Source: a virus
UHGV virus genome: UHGV-0038492
DNA: 64,000 nt
Strand: one strand, 5' to 3'
The notes beneath the pieces were generated by a model, which was not told the origin of the DNA, did no database searches, and saw only the letters and a list, made by a program, of their open reading frames with translations. The position numbers were made by a program, and so were the translations under genes. Positions 30,601 to 39,393 of this stretch are shown piece by piece; position 1 is the first letter of the stretch; each line of letters opens with the position of its first letter.

Positions 30601-30661
30601 TCAAGCGGTTTTAGACGTTACGTTAACGATAGAAGACGATGCATTAAAACCAGAGCAATAA
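27656..30661 (+). CDS. large Trp-rich protein (1001 aa), probably a virion fibre/receptor-binding component
   Basis: long ORF inside the fibre module; function not recognised. Confidence 0.65.
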   Translation: MRKHFQRHAISYALSLAYGHQSFVTRNTGTTHDAHNEHYIQNEEGVLSNNRHFIADTMAEYQPNGDATTEGQSLHVIGYCHMYIATKDERWLDAAKRAWDAYNTYFYVGQPIPTTPQRRICNWLVNGKEPVLAHYPIHPTEPTQGGYKSVPVRFTNGQCKIPHGAPFWGEYLDTFTFAHRGHPAWEAINADVQIIKEDKEGSINWEDVLTHVITNPDKPYEAKAWVDWPTLLNNATGYTPLWGGSATKAPKHDVDWIIAWTGNKIQDSEIIETGLADADKGTVQLKDTQLNGVYLINYAVKLPVEHGGYEFKRNEPWHNRPVHTPFLGSKNQYGNAADAELWFIDACYLLWRITGEEKYKQALDCTFYTAHEYTYIDAVDKFFRRSTAAETPFTDGISYDFNYPDTVSATYGRDENGDITIHVPEAAQHFMEQKAVRFRINKDSKLRVTYGGVCKNGDPVYCKAMVNINPVKADTEEVNWYGLTLPRSTVNTVKQYDVDLGQLARISTPEGEDYLIADDRACSDYGGCTWEERFEDSIYDGRAGTVIEAEFPDDGAGFIIGFWLTAEEKVKPVSIVYRADADFNLRLADSDKWRWWWMLPNTNNEWRQVTLNPDDATLSSYQPDHTDDDPKPAAPNFDKVDQVTILPDSTVDHAHFAYYCVNDVPPLFNKDDGYILTFRIGLRGGGEFDAKVGDCTIKDYRLDSLAYCPGTIPFSNNYSEGSEQLGAWHGMPYPGYQYPFMYTIHKDDRYKLWLDNQIQFMYDSQLAYQRQLGELGPGCAAYIWNRWDNYTYGEADTWTTFHWSDDHPWPGYQPRAFHAACRCWYELKLRGKEVPEALTSYIENWVNWLGGFVDRFNGHTPNEFPTAPNKPVWVEDDFNAHMCALWLAGCCWALLAGATNPNYDKVVNAAIKELGEGFTITSIPNKPINGAWSPAARESSDNGMAFGFYSGEAFRALGLYVTYKTYGANANIYRDLAITDHSQAVLDVTLTIEDDALKPEQ

Positions 30662-30742
30662 TAACCCGCTTATAAAAAAAATATTGGGGGGGGGGTAAGC
30701 TACTCCCCCCGATCTTTAGCTCCCGATAGAGAACTTAATATC

Positions 30743-33700
30743 ATGGCAAAAGCGGTAAAGAAAATACGATTACATAATCTTAGACCATATACCGGTGATA
30801 TCGGTGAAGGCGTTTTACTTTTCTCCAAGGATGAGAAAGATTATAAGTTACCAGTCCGTGAGATCATTGCGGATATTGACACCGTACGTAATGCGGTGGC
30901 TGAAGCACAGACAGCAGCAACACAATCACAAGAAGCTGCAACTCAGGCTACACAAGCAAAGAATTTAGCAGAAACAGCAAAACAACAAACTGACACCGTT
31001 GCAGCTACGGTTGCTCAACAAGCGCAAACTGTAACCGAAAAAGCAACTGAAGTCGGTACAAAACACACTGAAGTGTTAGCCGCGAAAACTGCGGTAGACG
31101 AAGTATCAGTGTCGGTGAATGAGAAGGCTCAAGCTGTCGCCGCAAGCGAACAATCGGTGACGGCTGCTGCGGCTGATGTAACTAAGAAAGCAGAAACGGT
31201 TGCGCAACAGGCCGGACAAGTTCAACAGACGGCTACCAGCGTCGCAAATACTGCGGCATCAGTTGAGGCCAGTAAAGGTGCAGTGGAGAAAATTGCTGCG
31301 CAGGTCACGAAAGATAAAGAAACGTCGGAGGGCGCGGCTACCCGCTCAGAAGCGGCCGCACAACGTGCTGAGAAAATCGCCGCCCAAGGCTTAGTTGACG
31401 CTAGTACGATCGGTAAAGGCATCGTTAAACTTAACGATACCCTGACTAGTGAATCCGTGACGGAGGCTGCCACGCCGTCCACGGTTAAACAGCTGAACGA
31501 CGAATTACAGTTAAAAGCCAATAAACATTCGCCGAATTTTACGGGTAAACCGACATCCCCAAAACCGCCGAAGGACTCGAATGACACGAGCATCTCCACA
31601 ACGTCCTGGGTGCGTGACGCGATTGCTGAATTGGTTGGTTCCTCACCCGAGACGTTAAATACCTTAGCGGAATTAGCAGAGGCGTTAGGTAATGACCCTA
31701 ACTTCGCAACAACGATCACTGAGGAGCTTGCGCAGAAGCAACCTATCAGCCCATTACTCACCGCAATCGCTGCGGTTACAAGTGCAGCAAACAAACTCCT
31801 GTATTTCACGGGCTCTAATAAAGTCGAGTTAACCGATTTTACAGAAACTGCCAGATCCTTGTTAGCGAAAGGGTCAACTGCGGATATTATTAACTTCCTG
31901 GGTTTGAAACCCACCGTTGATAAAGCAAACGGCGCACTACAGAAAAACTCTAACGGTGCTGATATCCCAAATAAAGAAACTTTTGCTCGCAACATCGGCC
32001 TATCTCCTGATACCTATCTGCGTTTCCGTGGCAAAATGCCTGTAGATGCTGATATTAACACATTTGCTCCAGATGCTAATTACACAGGAACGTGGTCTAA
32101 GTCGACATCAACCAATGCGTCGATGGCAAAACACTTCCCAGAAGACGGTGCAGTCGGTTATCTGGAAGTGTATAAAGCGGGCAACTACAGTGGCGCGCAA
32201 CGTTTTACCTGTCGTAATGGTAACGTGTACAACCGTATGTTGTCAGCCGCGTGGAACGGAACTAATGGCCCGTGGTCGCCGTGGAGAATGGTAACTACCG
32301 GTGTACGCCCGTTATCTACATCGATTGATCTGAACTCTTTAGGCGGTGCCGAACACATGGGTAACTGGCGTAACTCGTCCAGTTCGTTAGCGGTGTTTGA
32401 CAGACATTATCCTGAAGAGGGCGGTGGCGCTCAAGGTGTTCTGGAAGTCATGGAAGGTGGTCTTTACGGACGGTTGCAGCGATACACTACGCGTCGTGGC
32501 ACAATGTATGTCCGTGGTTTGACTGCAACATGGGATTCATCAAACCCACAATGGGAAGATTGGATTCAGGTTGGTTATCAGACTGACGGTGCTTTCTTTA
32601 AAGCCAATTTTAACGATCTCGTTAAACCGGGTCGTTTCAGTGTCACTGGTCAGGCAACTAACGGCCCACTTACCGGTTCTTCTGGCGAAACCATATTAGG
32701 CGTTTGTGAAGTTACCTTACGCTTAGACGGTACAGGGGTCGAACAGAATTATACCACATACGGCACGGGTGCAGAAACTAAAGGTCGTAAATTCCAACGT
32801 ATCCGTACGGGTAACATTTGGAGCGATTGGCGTGAGGTTTTCACATCCTATTCGCTTCCGTTGGCCTTAGGTATCGGTGGGGTTGCTGCCAAGGTCGATC
32901 CGTTAGACTGGCAAACCTTCGACTTCGTTCCTGGCCAGATGATAAGCACACCGTTGAATACCATGAAAAACATTCCTGCGGGAATGGATTGGGGTGTTAT
33001 TGACGGTAACTTGGTCACTATTCTTGTAGGGGCGTCGGAGGACACCGGTACTGGTCGGAGTATGTTGGTCTGGCGTGGTACAGTGTCTACTGCTAACTAT
33101 CGCTTCTTTGCAGTACGTATCGCCGGTGAGAAGGGTAGCCGTACGATTACGCCACGACAGATGCCTGTGTTAAATGCAGCACACACTTGGGCCGAGAAAC
33201 AAACGTTCTCTAAAGGCTTAGCGGGTGAATTGACAGGTAATGCGTCAACGGCAACGAAACTGAAAACAGCCCGTTTAATCGGTGGTGTAAGTTTCGACGG
33301 CACTAGCGACATTCCACTCCCTGGTGTTAACCAGCAAGGTAATCAAAACACCACTGGGAACGCGGGAACCGCAACCAAATTACAAACGGCTCGAAACATC
33401 AACGGTGTGAAATTCGATGGCTCTAGAGACATCAATATCAACACCTTGGTAGGACGTGGACGTGTTACTGCACTGACGGGATCAAACAAAGGTACGCCTG
33501 GTATTCAGATGTACGAAGTTTACAATAACGGTTATCCGACCGCTTATGGTAACTTATTGCATTTGGGTGGTGCTACTGCGCTAGGCGAAGGCGAGTTGTT
33601 AATCGGATGGTCGGGGACGAGTGGTGCGCACGCGCCAGTTTATATTCGTAGCCGACGTGATACGGCTGACGCGCCGTGGTCAGATTGGGCACAAGTTTAT

Positions 33701-35302
33701 ACTGCCCGTGACAGCATTCCTGGCGTAAATGCCACAGGTAATCAAGATACTACCGGCAATGCCGCTACCGCGACGAAACTGAAAACCGCTCGCAGAATTG
33801 GAGGCGTTACCTTTGACGGTACTGGGGATATCAATTTACCGGGGGTTAACCAAGCCGGTAACCAGAATACGTCAGGTAATGCTGCGACAGCGACTAAACT
33901 TCAGACTGCGCGAAATATAGGCGGTGTGGCTTTTGATGGTACTAAAGACATCAGTTTACCTGGTGTAAACCAGACGGGTAATCAGTCGACTACCGGAAAC
34001 GCAGCCACGGCCACAAAGTTGCAGACAGCTCGTACCATTAACGGTATCCCATTTGACGGCACTAGAAATATATCGTTAGGGCCTGCCGATATAGGTTGCC
34101 CGGCATCACCTAGTGGTTGGTTAGAAACTGGCGCTGATGGCGCTGCAATAACTACAGCACAGCTAGTGACGTTATTGAAAAATAACGGCGCGTTTACCAC
34201 AAGATCGTGGGTTGCTCGCTGCGCATGGGCTTATGCCGCTAGTGCAAGTATACCTCATAGCGAGACGGGTTGTGGTGTTATTCCATTAGCTGGGGCTGTT
34301 ATAGAAGTGATTAGTAACGGCAACAGCACAAACAACTACACGATCCGTATAACGACCGCCACAACGACGAGCGTCTCCGGCGCACTCACTAATGCGGAGT
34401 TTATCTACGTATTTAACGGCGATACTTACTCACCAGGTTGGCGTCGCGTGTACAATACGAGAAACAAGCCAACTGCTGCGGATGTTGGGGCGTTGCCATT
34501 ATCTGGCGGTCAGTTGAATGGCGCGTTGGGTATTGGAACCACTAATGCTTTAGGTGGGAACTCCATAGTTTTAGGGGATAATGACACCGGCCTTAAGCAG
34601 AACGGGGATGGCGTTCTAGATGTTTACGCCAATAATGCTCATGTTTTACGCTTTACGAGTGGGGCTGTTCAAAGCAATAAACCTCTCAACGTTACCGGAG
34701 ATATAAGAACCAATACTTGGGTTTATGCAAATAGATATTCTATTAACAGCAACTCAGGTTCTTGGATTAGCATGAGAGACCATAACGTTATTTTTGGTCT
34801 TAATCCGGTAGGAACTAGTTCTGCTCAGGCATTGTTAAGACAAGACCATGCTGATAGGAAATTTTTTGTTGGTGGTTTAGGTAACTATCAATTCGGCTTT
34901 TACATGATAAACAACTCACGTACTGATAATGGCACCGATGCTAATGCTTATTTGCAAAACGACGGTACTTGGGTTTGTGGTGGGAACGGTAACTTTAACG
35001 ACGTTTATATACGATCTGACGCCCGGCTGAAAAGTAATTTCTCTCCAATAACTAATGCATTGGAGAAGGTAAAGGAATTGTCAGGTTTAATATACGACAA
35101 AAAGGAGAACTTTAAATCCACTAATGTTCATCGTGAGGCTGGTGTTGTAGCGCAGACCTTACAAAAAGTGTTACCTGAAGCAGTTTCTACTTATAAAGAC
35201 GCTAATGGTGAGGACGTTTTGACGGTCTCTAACTCTGCACAAATAGCTCTACTTATTGAAGCAATAAAGGAGTTGGCGGAGATAATTGAGACCAAGTTAT
35301 AA
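30743..35302 (+). CDS. long tail fibre protein with Phage_fiber_2-type repeats and a C-terminal intramolecular chaperone (S74-like) domain
   Basis: N-terminal Ala/Gln-rich coiled-coil; six GNAATATKLQTAR-x-I-x-GV-x-FDG repeats; C-terminal IRS-DARLKSNF autocleavage motif. Confidence 0.8.
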   Translation: MAKAVKKIRLHNLRPYTGDIGEGVLLFSKDEKDYKLPVREIIADIDTVRNAVAEAQTAATQSQEAATQATQAKNLAETAKQQTDTVAATVAQQAQTVTEKATEVGTKHTEVLAAKTAVDEVSVSVNEKAQAVAASEQSVTAAAADVTKKAETVAQQAGQVQQTATSVANTAASVEASKGAVEKIAAQVTKDKETSEGAATRSEAAAQRAEKIAAQGLVDASTIGKGIVKLNDTLTSESVTEAATPSTVKQLNDELQLKANKHSPNFTGKPTSPKPPKDSNDTSISTTSWVRDAIAELVGSSPETLNTLAELAEALGNDPNFATTITEELAQKQPISPLLTAIAAVTSAANKLLYFTGSNKVELTDFTETARSLLAKGSTADIINFLGLKPTVDKANGALQKNSNGADIPNKETFARNIGLSPDTYLRFRGKMPVDADINTFAPDANYTGTWSKSTSTNASMAKHFPEDGAVGYLEVYKAGNYSGAQRFTCRNGNVYNRMLSAAWNGTNGPWSPWRMVTTGVRPLSTSIDLNSLGGAEHMGNWRNSSSSLAVFDRHYPEEGGGAQGVLEVMEGGLYGRLQRYTTRRGTMYVRGLTATWDSSNPQWEDWIQVGYQTDGAFFKANFNDLVKPGRFSVTGQATNGPLTGSSGETILGVCEVTLRLDGTGVEQNYTTYGTGAETKGRKFQRIRTGNIWSDWREVFTSYSLPLALGIGGVAAKVDPLDWQTFDFVPGQMISTPLNTMKNIPAGMDWGVIDGNLVTILVGASEDTGTGRSMLVWRGTVSTANYRFFAVRIAGEKGSRTITPRQMPVLNAAHTWAEKQTFSKGLAGELTGNASTATKLKTARLIGGVSFDGTSDIPLPGVNQQGNQNTTGNAGTATKLQTARNINGVKFDGSRDININTLVGRGRVTALTGSNKGTPGIQMYEVYNNGYPTAYGNLLHLGGATALGEGELLIGWSGTSGAHAPVYIRSRRDTADAPWSDWAQVYTARDSIPGVNATGNQDTTGNAATATKLKTARRIGGVTFDGTGDINLPGVNQAGNQNTSGNAATATKLQTARNIGGVAFDGTKDISLPGVNQTGNQSTTGNAATATKLQTARTINGIPFDGTRNISLGPADIGCPASPSGWLETGADGAAITTAQLVTLLKNNGAFTTRSWVARCAWAYAASASIPHSETGCGVIPLAGAVIEVISNGNSTNNYTIRITTATTTSVSGALTNAEFIYVFNGDTYSPGWRRVYNTRNKPTAADVGALPLSGGQLNGALGIGTTNALGGNSIVLGDNDTGLKQNGDGVLDVYANNAHVLRFTSGAVQSNKPLNVTGDIRTNTWVYANRYSINSNSGSWISMRDHNVIFGLNPVGTSSAQALLRQDHADRKFFVGGLGNYQFGFYMINNSRTDNGTDANAYLQNDGTWVCGGNGNFNDVYIRSDARLKSNFSPITNALEKVKELSGLIYDKKENFKSTNVHREAGVVAQTLQKVLPEAVSTYKDANGEDVLTVSNSAQIALLIEAIKELAEIIETKL
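33230..33440 (+). repeat. intragenic fibre repeats (two copies)
   Basis: GNASTATKLKTARLIGGVSFDG / GNAGTATKLQTARNINGVKFDG. Confidence 0.7.
33724..34078 (+). repeat. intragenic fibre repeats (three copies)
   Basis: three consecutive ~40-aa units GNQxTxGNAATATKL(K/Q)TAR..G..FDGT.DI.LPGVNQ. Confidence 0.7.
35017..35299 (+). other. intramolecular chaperone / autoproteolytic domain at the fibre C-terminus
   Basis: S-DARLK motif at the domain start followed by ~95 residues. Confidence 0.65.
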
Positions 35303-35349
35303 TTATCAGTGAGGGGTTCCCCCTCACTGACTCACAAGTACGTTATAAG

Positions 35350-36141
35350 GTGGTTATTTTGTCTGTATCAGCGACTCCCGGATGGATTGGTTCTTCAGCA
35401 AAAGCTGAAGCTGGTAATGGTTGGATGTCTGGCGCGATGCACACACTCGGTGTGCCAGTTCCAGGCTGGATGTCGCAATTGGCGGGAAAATCAAAAGAGG
35501 CTCAGTATTCGATCGGGGCTAATCACAATTACAATAAAGATACGCTTATTAACTATTTACGTTCCATAGGCTCTACTGCTGTCGTTGTGACCATTACAGG
35601 GGATTTAGTGTCTTATAGTAGCGGGGTTCCTTGTTTAGAGTTCCCTAGCAATCTTCCAAATTCGTATATTACCCTCATCATCAATCCTGGGGTTACAGTA
35701 TACGGCAGAGGAGGCAACGGCGGTTCTAACTCACCAGGCGGTGCAGGTGGAACCGCAATACAGAACGGAATAGGAAACAGACTGCGTATAACCAACCGTG
35801 GCGCTATTGCCGGAGGCGGTGGCGGCGGTGGCGGCGGTAACAGGGGTAGACTAATATTTGGTGGTGGCGGTGGTCGCCCATTCGGTGCTGGTGGGTCTTC
35901 CTCTCATATGAGTTCCGGTGCGGCTGCTGGTACTATTTCCGCTCCTGGTAGAGGATCTGTTGGTGAGGGGTCTCTTAGTGCATATACAGGCGGTTCGGGT
36001 GGTAATGTCGGTGCTGGTGGAGGAAGATGTAATACTCATGGTAACGGTACAGAATATAACGGCGGAGCAGCTGGTGCAGCTGTTACTGGTAATGCGCCAA
36101 GATGGGACGCAGTAGGTGCAATATACGGTTCACGTGTTTAA
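35350..36141 (+). CDS. gp38-like tail-fibre tip adhesin with polyglycine motifs
   Basis: N-terminal PGWIGSSAKAEAGNGWMSGA and polyglycine blocks GGGGGGGGGN, GGGGGRPFGAGG; start uncertain (GTG 35350 or TTG 35359). Confidence 0.55.
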   Translation: MVILSVSATPGWIGSSAKAEAGNGWMSGAMHTLGVPVPGWMSQLAGKSKEAQYSIGANHNYNKDTLINYLRSIGSTAVVVTITGDLVSYSSGVPCLEFPSNLPNSYITLIINPGVTVYGRGGNGGSNSPGGAGGTAIQNGIGNRLRITNRGAIAGGGGGGGGGNRGRLIFGGGGGRPFGAGGSSSHMSSGAAAGTISAPGRGSVGEGSLSAYTGGSGGNVGAGGGRCNTHGNGTEYNGGAAGAAVTGNAPRWDAVGAIYGSRV

Positions 36142-36157
36142 TTAAAAAGGAGGGTAG

Positions 36158-36670
36158 ATGGGGGTAGCGTCAGGATGGGTCGGATCTTCAGCTAAGAATG
36201 AAACTGGCCAACAATGGATGAGCGCTGCGGGTAGTAAATTAGGATTGGGTAGACCTTTTATGATGAGCCAAATGGTAGGCAAGTCCGTAGGTTGCAAAAT
36301 AGCAACAGCTTATTATAAAACGTCAAATACTGATAAAGTAGAGAACTGGGGTGCTGTCGGAGCCGATTGGCCGTTGGTAGATAAGAACAAAGGAACGCTT
36401 TCTGGTGCCTCGAACTGTGGCTTAGGACGTTTAGTGGGGATCGTACTTACGCAAGCTCACTACATTTCTGGTGTTCCACCCACTGCGGCTTTATACATCG
36501 CAGGAGGAAGGGCAAGTAATATTACAGTAACAGTTGGTGGTGTTTCGCAAGCATTTACTTACGATAGTGTTATTAACGGTTTTCACTATTATTGGCAAGG
36601 AACGCCTAGTTCGGCCTTTATAGCGGCAATGAAGAAGACGGGTGTTACACAAGATTTGAAAGTTAGCTAA
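36158..36670 (+). CDS. gp38-like N-terminal domain protein (adhesin/chaperone paralog lacking polyglycine blocks)
   Basis: N-terminus GWVGSSAKNETGQQWMSAA parallels 35350; AAGGAGGG upstream of ATG. Confidence 0.5.
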   Translation: MGVASGWVGSSAKNETGQQWMSAAGSKLGLGRPFMMSQMVGKSVGCKIATAYYKTSNTDKVENWGAVGADWPLVDKNKGTLSGASNCGLGRLVGIVLTQAHYISGVPPTAALYIAGGRASNITVTVGGVSQAFTYDSVINGFHYYWQGTPSSAFIAAMKKTGVTQDLKVS

Positions 36671-36828
36671 CTAATTGGGGTAAAACGATAACTAAAACTA
36701 GTAAAATAAGAGTTCGTGAATTCGTAATTCAATAATTTTTTATAGAAAGATTGATTTATTAGAATCGGAGGGGTGCGATGTTTTTAGCCAACATTTTACG
36801 TCTCCCCAATCATAGGAGGTAACCATAC

Positions 36829-37341
36829 GTGGAACAATTCACGCCAGATTTGTCGTTAACTTCACTTAACATGGTTATTTCACTGGTTAACCATGACCTC
36901 CAGCTTGACTTGCAAGAGAACGAGGTTGAAGTCAGCGACGTAAAGACCAGTAACGAAATGGATCGTGACACCACTGCTGTTGTAAAGATAAAACGTCCCG
37001 GTAACAGAACGTTACAAATCTATTACAACCGTTTAACCGCAGAACGTTGGTTAAACCAGCAACCTATTCTGGTGCAAGTAACTGGAGAGGGGTTTAACAC
37101 ACACGATTTAATCGATGCGATTAACGCAGCCTGTGGTAGTAACCTGCAACCCGAAGATCTTCAGGACGATTCATTTACAGTAGGAAAAGACGCTGTAACG
37201 TTACAGGTATCACCTAACTCCCTAAGTTATAAAGGCCAATTCTCTGTTTTGGTTTTTGGTAACGGCGAAGAGGCCGCAGTAACAAAAGATGACAACCTAA
37301 TCGTTACCGCAGATAATCGCGTCTTAACCTTTGGAGGTTAA
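36829..37341 (+). CDS. tail-fibre-associated protein, paralog of 26665..27228
   Basis: GTG start after AGGAGGT; shared PDLSLTS and NAACGSNLQPEDL motifs. Confidence 0.6.
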   Translation: MEQFTPDLSLTSLNMVISLVNHDLQLDLQENEVEVSDVKTSNEMDRDTTAVVKIKRPGNRTLQIYYNRLTAERWLNQQPILVQVTGEGFNTHDLIDAINAACGSNLQPEDLQDDSFTVGKDAVTLQVSPNSLSYKGQFSVLVFGNGEEAAVTKDDNLIVTADNRVLTFGG

Positions 37342-37343
37342 CA

Positions 37344-37964
37344 GTGGCTGAACTGGTAGGAAAGGTACGCATTCACGAGCTACCGTCACTTTCAGAAGAC
37401 ATTACTGGTGTGGTGGTGTTAGCGTCTAAGGAACAAACCGAATACCAACTCCCGATTGAGAATTTAGGGGGTGGTGAGGTTACAGTGAGTCCGTCAGCGA
37501 ATAACATCCTTAAGTCTAACAGCGATGGACTGTTTGTTGATGGCGCACATCCTATTGTACCGAAAATGGATGCAAAAACCTTATCGGGAAATATGGTGGT
37601 AGAAAAAACGCTGACAGGTGGTGCGGTAATCTGCAAAACAACGGTTGACGTTAATAATAGGCTGGGGATTTCGCAATTATCTGGGGTGTCAATTTATAGC
37701 CAGTGCCTGCTGGAAAATAAATTGGTTTACCTGGCAGAAGACGGCAGTATTATTGATGCGTACTTCTACATTAGTAATACAAAGAACACGGCCAGTACAA
37801 TAACCCACACCATTCGGGTTGTCTTAGCGAAAGTACCTTCTAAAGTTGTCGATATCACCGATTTATCTGAAACTGAGGTGCAGTATCAGGATGCTAATTT
37901 GCCTGTTAAGATCGTTATTAAGCATCTTACAGGGACAACACTTTCCCAGAACGGAATGAAATAA
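37344..37964 (+). CDS. short fibre protein with the conserved fibre N-terminal domain
   Basis: N-terminus VGKVRIHELPSLSEDITGVVVLASKEQTEYQ; GTG start after GGAGG. Confidence 0.55.
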   Translation: MAELVGKVRIHELPSLSEDITGVVVLASKEQTEYQLPIENLGGGEVTVSPSANNILKSNSDGLFVDGAHPIVPKMDAKTLSGNMVVEKTLTGGAVICKTTVDVNNRLGISQLSGVSIYSQCLLENKLVYLAEDGSIIDAYFYISNTKNTASTITHTIRVVLAKVPSKVVDITDLSETEVQYQDANLPVKIVIKHLTGTTLSQNGMK

Positions 37965-37969
37965 GTTAT

Positions 37970-38016
37970 AGGTAGTAGGGGCTAAGCCCCTACTACCTTT
38001 CTTTTTTTTTATTTTT
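37970..38016 (+). terminator. intrinsic terminator
   Basis: hairpin ggtagtagggg-ctaa-gcccctactacc plus long T-run. Confidence 0.7.
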
Positions 38017-38018
38017 TC

Positions 38019-38060
38019 TCAGATATATATTACCTAGAGGAGAGCGAAATTTACATTCGC
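38019..38060 (+). promoter_or_regulatory. promoter-like motif TCAGATATATATTACCTAG plus hairpin
   Basis: exact copy of the motif at 16480 and 42447. Confidence 0.45.
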
Positions 38061-38090
38061 TCTATTAGTTATAGCCGAAAGGAGGATTAG

Positions 38091-38942
38091 ATGTATCACC
38101 CGTATTATCTCCCGCACATTCTAGCAAATAGGGACCCTGATTACTACTACGAACAAACAAAAGGATCTTTTAATCGGCTCTACATTCGCGAATTTAATAC
38201 CGATGAAATGACGGACGACCAGTATCTGGAGTATCTAAAAGACCTTTACGGTTTTTCAAAATCGAATAAAGGTGACTTTGGACGTTCCGCAGTCATTAGG
38301 GTTGGTGAATATCGACATTTGGCTAAGCCTGTTACGTATCCTATTGTTACACGCGCCTATACATCGGATAGGCAATATATTGCTGAACTAAAATTTCCTT
38401 TACGGATAGACGGGCCCCAAATTAGCGCTATAGAAGTAGAGATTCAACCAATTGCTGAAGACTATATTGAAGACTACTTCAAGAAAGCTAAAGACGTACT
38501 CGAGGAGGGTTTAAGCTACTCTGAAGAAGGAACGATTTGTCTTCTCTCGTTACTCTCGAAGACTTATGTCACAGCAAATTTCCGTATCTCCGATTCCAGT
38601 AACTACAATACACTTACCCCCTCTAAAACAAAACCTGTTTATTGGGACGATCGGTTAGTCGACAGACAACGCTGGCTTACTATCTTAGATAAAGTAAAAT
38701 TCGAACCCCCTAAACACACCGAAGACGATTTTATTTTATTGCACAACTTTGAACCAATTTATATTCCGACGCATTTTGATCAAGCCTTACGTCATCGGTT
38801 GAAGTATGTGTTGGAATTACGGTACGGAAAGATAAACGGACTAACCTGTTCCGGTGAATTGGGTGAAGAAGAACGCGAGAAGATAAAAATCGTGTTTGAT
38901 AAGTTGGTTGAAGATTACATTAAGAAGGAAGGACAAATATGA
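38091..38942 (+). CDS. hypothetical protein
   Basis: GAAAGGAGG upstream of ATG. Confidence 0.6.
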   Translation: MYHPYYLPHILANRDPDYYYEQTKGSFNRLYIREFNTDEMTDDQYLEYLKDLYGFSKSNKGDFGRSAVIRVGEYRHLAKPVTYPIVTRAYTSDRQYIAELKFPLRIDGPQISAIEVEIQPIAEDYIEDYFKKAKDVLEEGLSYSEEGTICLLSLLSKTYVTANFRISDSSNYNTLTPSKTKPVYWDDRLVDRQRWLTILDKVKFEPPKHTEDDFILLHNFEPIYIPTHFDQALRHRLKYVLELRYGKINGLTCSGELGEEEREKIKIVFDKLVEDYIKKEGQI

Positions 38943-39382
38943 AACCAAATACTACTAATGGCATTATGCTACTTTGTGATTCTGAAACGTTAGCAAACCG
39001 TATTCGTGGTTTGATGGAAGTACGTTGGAAGCAAAAGGTTCGCGTGGACTATGCTGCACCGTTTGTTCACGTTACTTGGTTACCAGAAGCTAACGATTTC
39101 AAAGAAAATATCACCACGAAAAGAATTAAAAATTGGTTAATGGCAATCATTAACAAACAGATTACCGTTATCAATTTCCAGTTGTTCGGTAGTAAAGAAG
39201 AACATGAAACCTTAAAACGCTGTTTAAGGGGATTGGATCTTGCCTTTTCTGTTCGTGGAAACTGTTACACAGCGTTCTTCATCGGTTCTCTTGAGTTATT
39301 TCAGGGAACATTAAACATTCAACTAAAAGAAGATTACGGGATTGTAAATAAGATTGATTTCGAATTCCCAGCAATGATTTAA
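38939..39382 (+). CDS. hypothetical protein
   Basis: ATGA overlap. Confidence 0.55.
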   Translation: MKPNTTNGIMLLCDSETLANRIRGLMEVRWKQKVRVDYAAPFVHVTWLPEANDFKENITTKRIKNWLMAIINKQITVINFQLFGSKEEHETLKRCLRGLDLAFSVRGNCYTAFFIGSLELFQGTLNIQLKEDYGIVNKIDFEFPAMI

Positions 39383-39393
39383 GGAGTAGTAAC

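Noticed and set aside
31200-31995. ORFs inside the long fibre gene (31200..31394 +, 31222..31995 -), plus similar internal ORFs at 32046, 32848, 33097 and 33982
   Set aside because: Out-of-frame or antisense shadows within a 1519-codon gene whose frame carries recognisable fibre repeats.
35760-35900. GGC/GGT-rich tract resembling a simple-sequence repeat
   Set aside because: It is in frame within the adhesin gene and encodes polyglycine blocks, so it is coding low complexity rather than a non-coding microsatellite.
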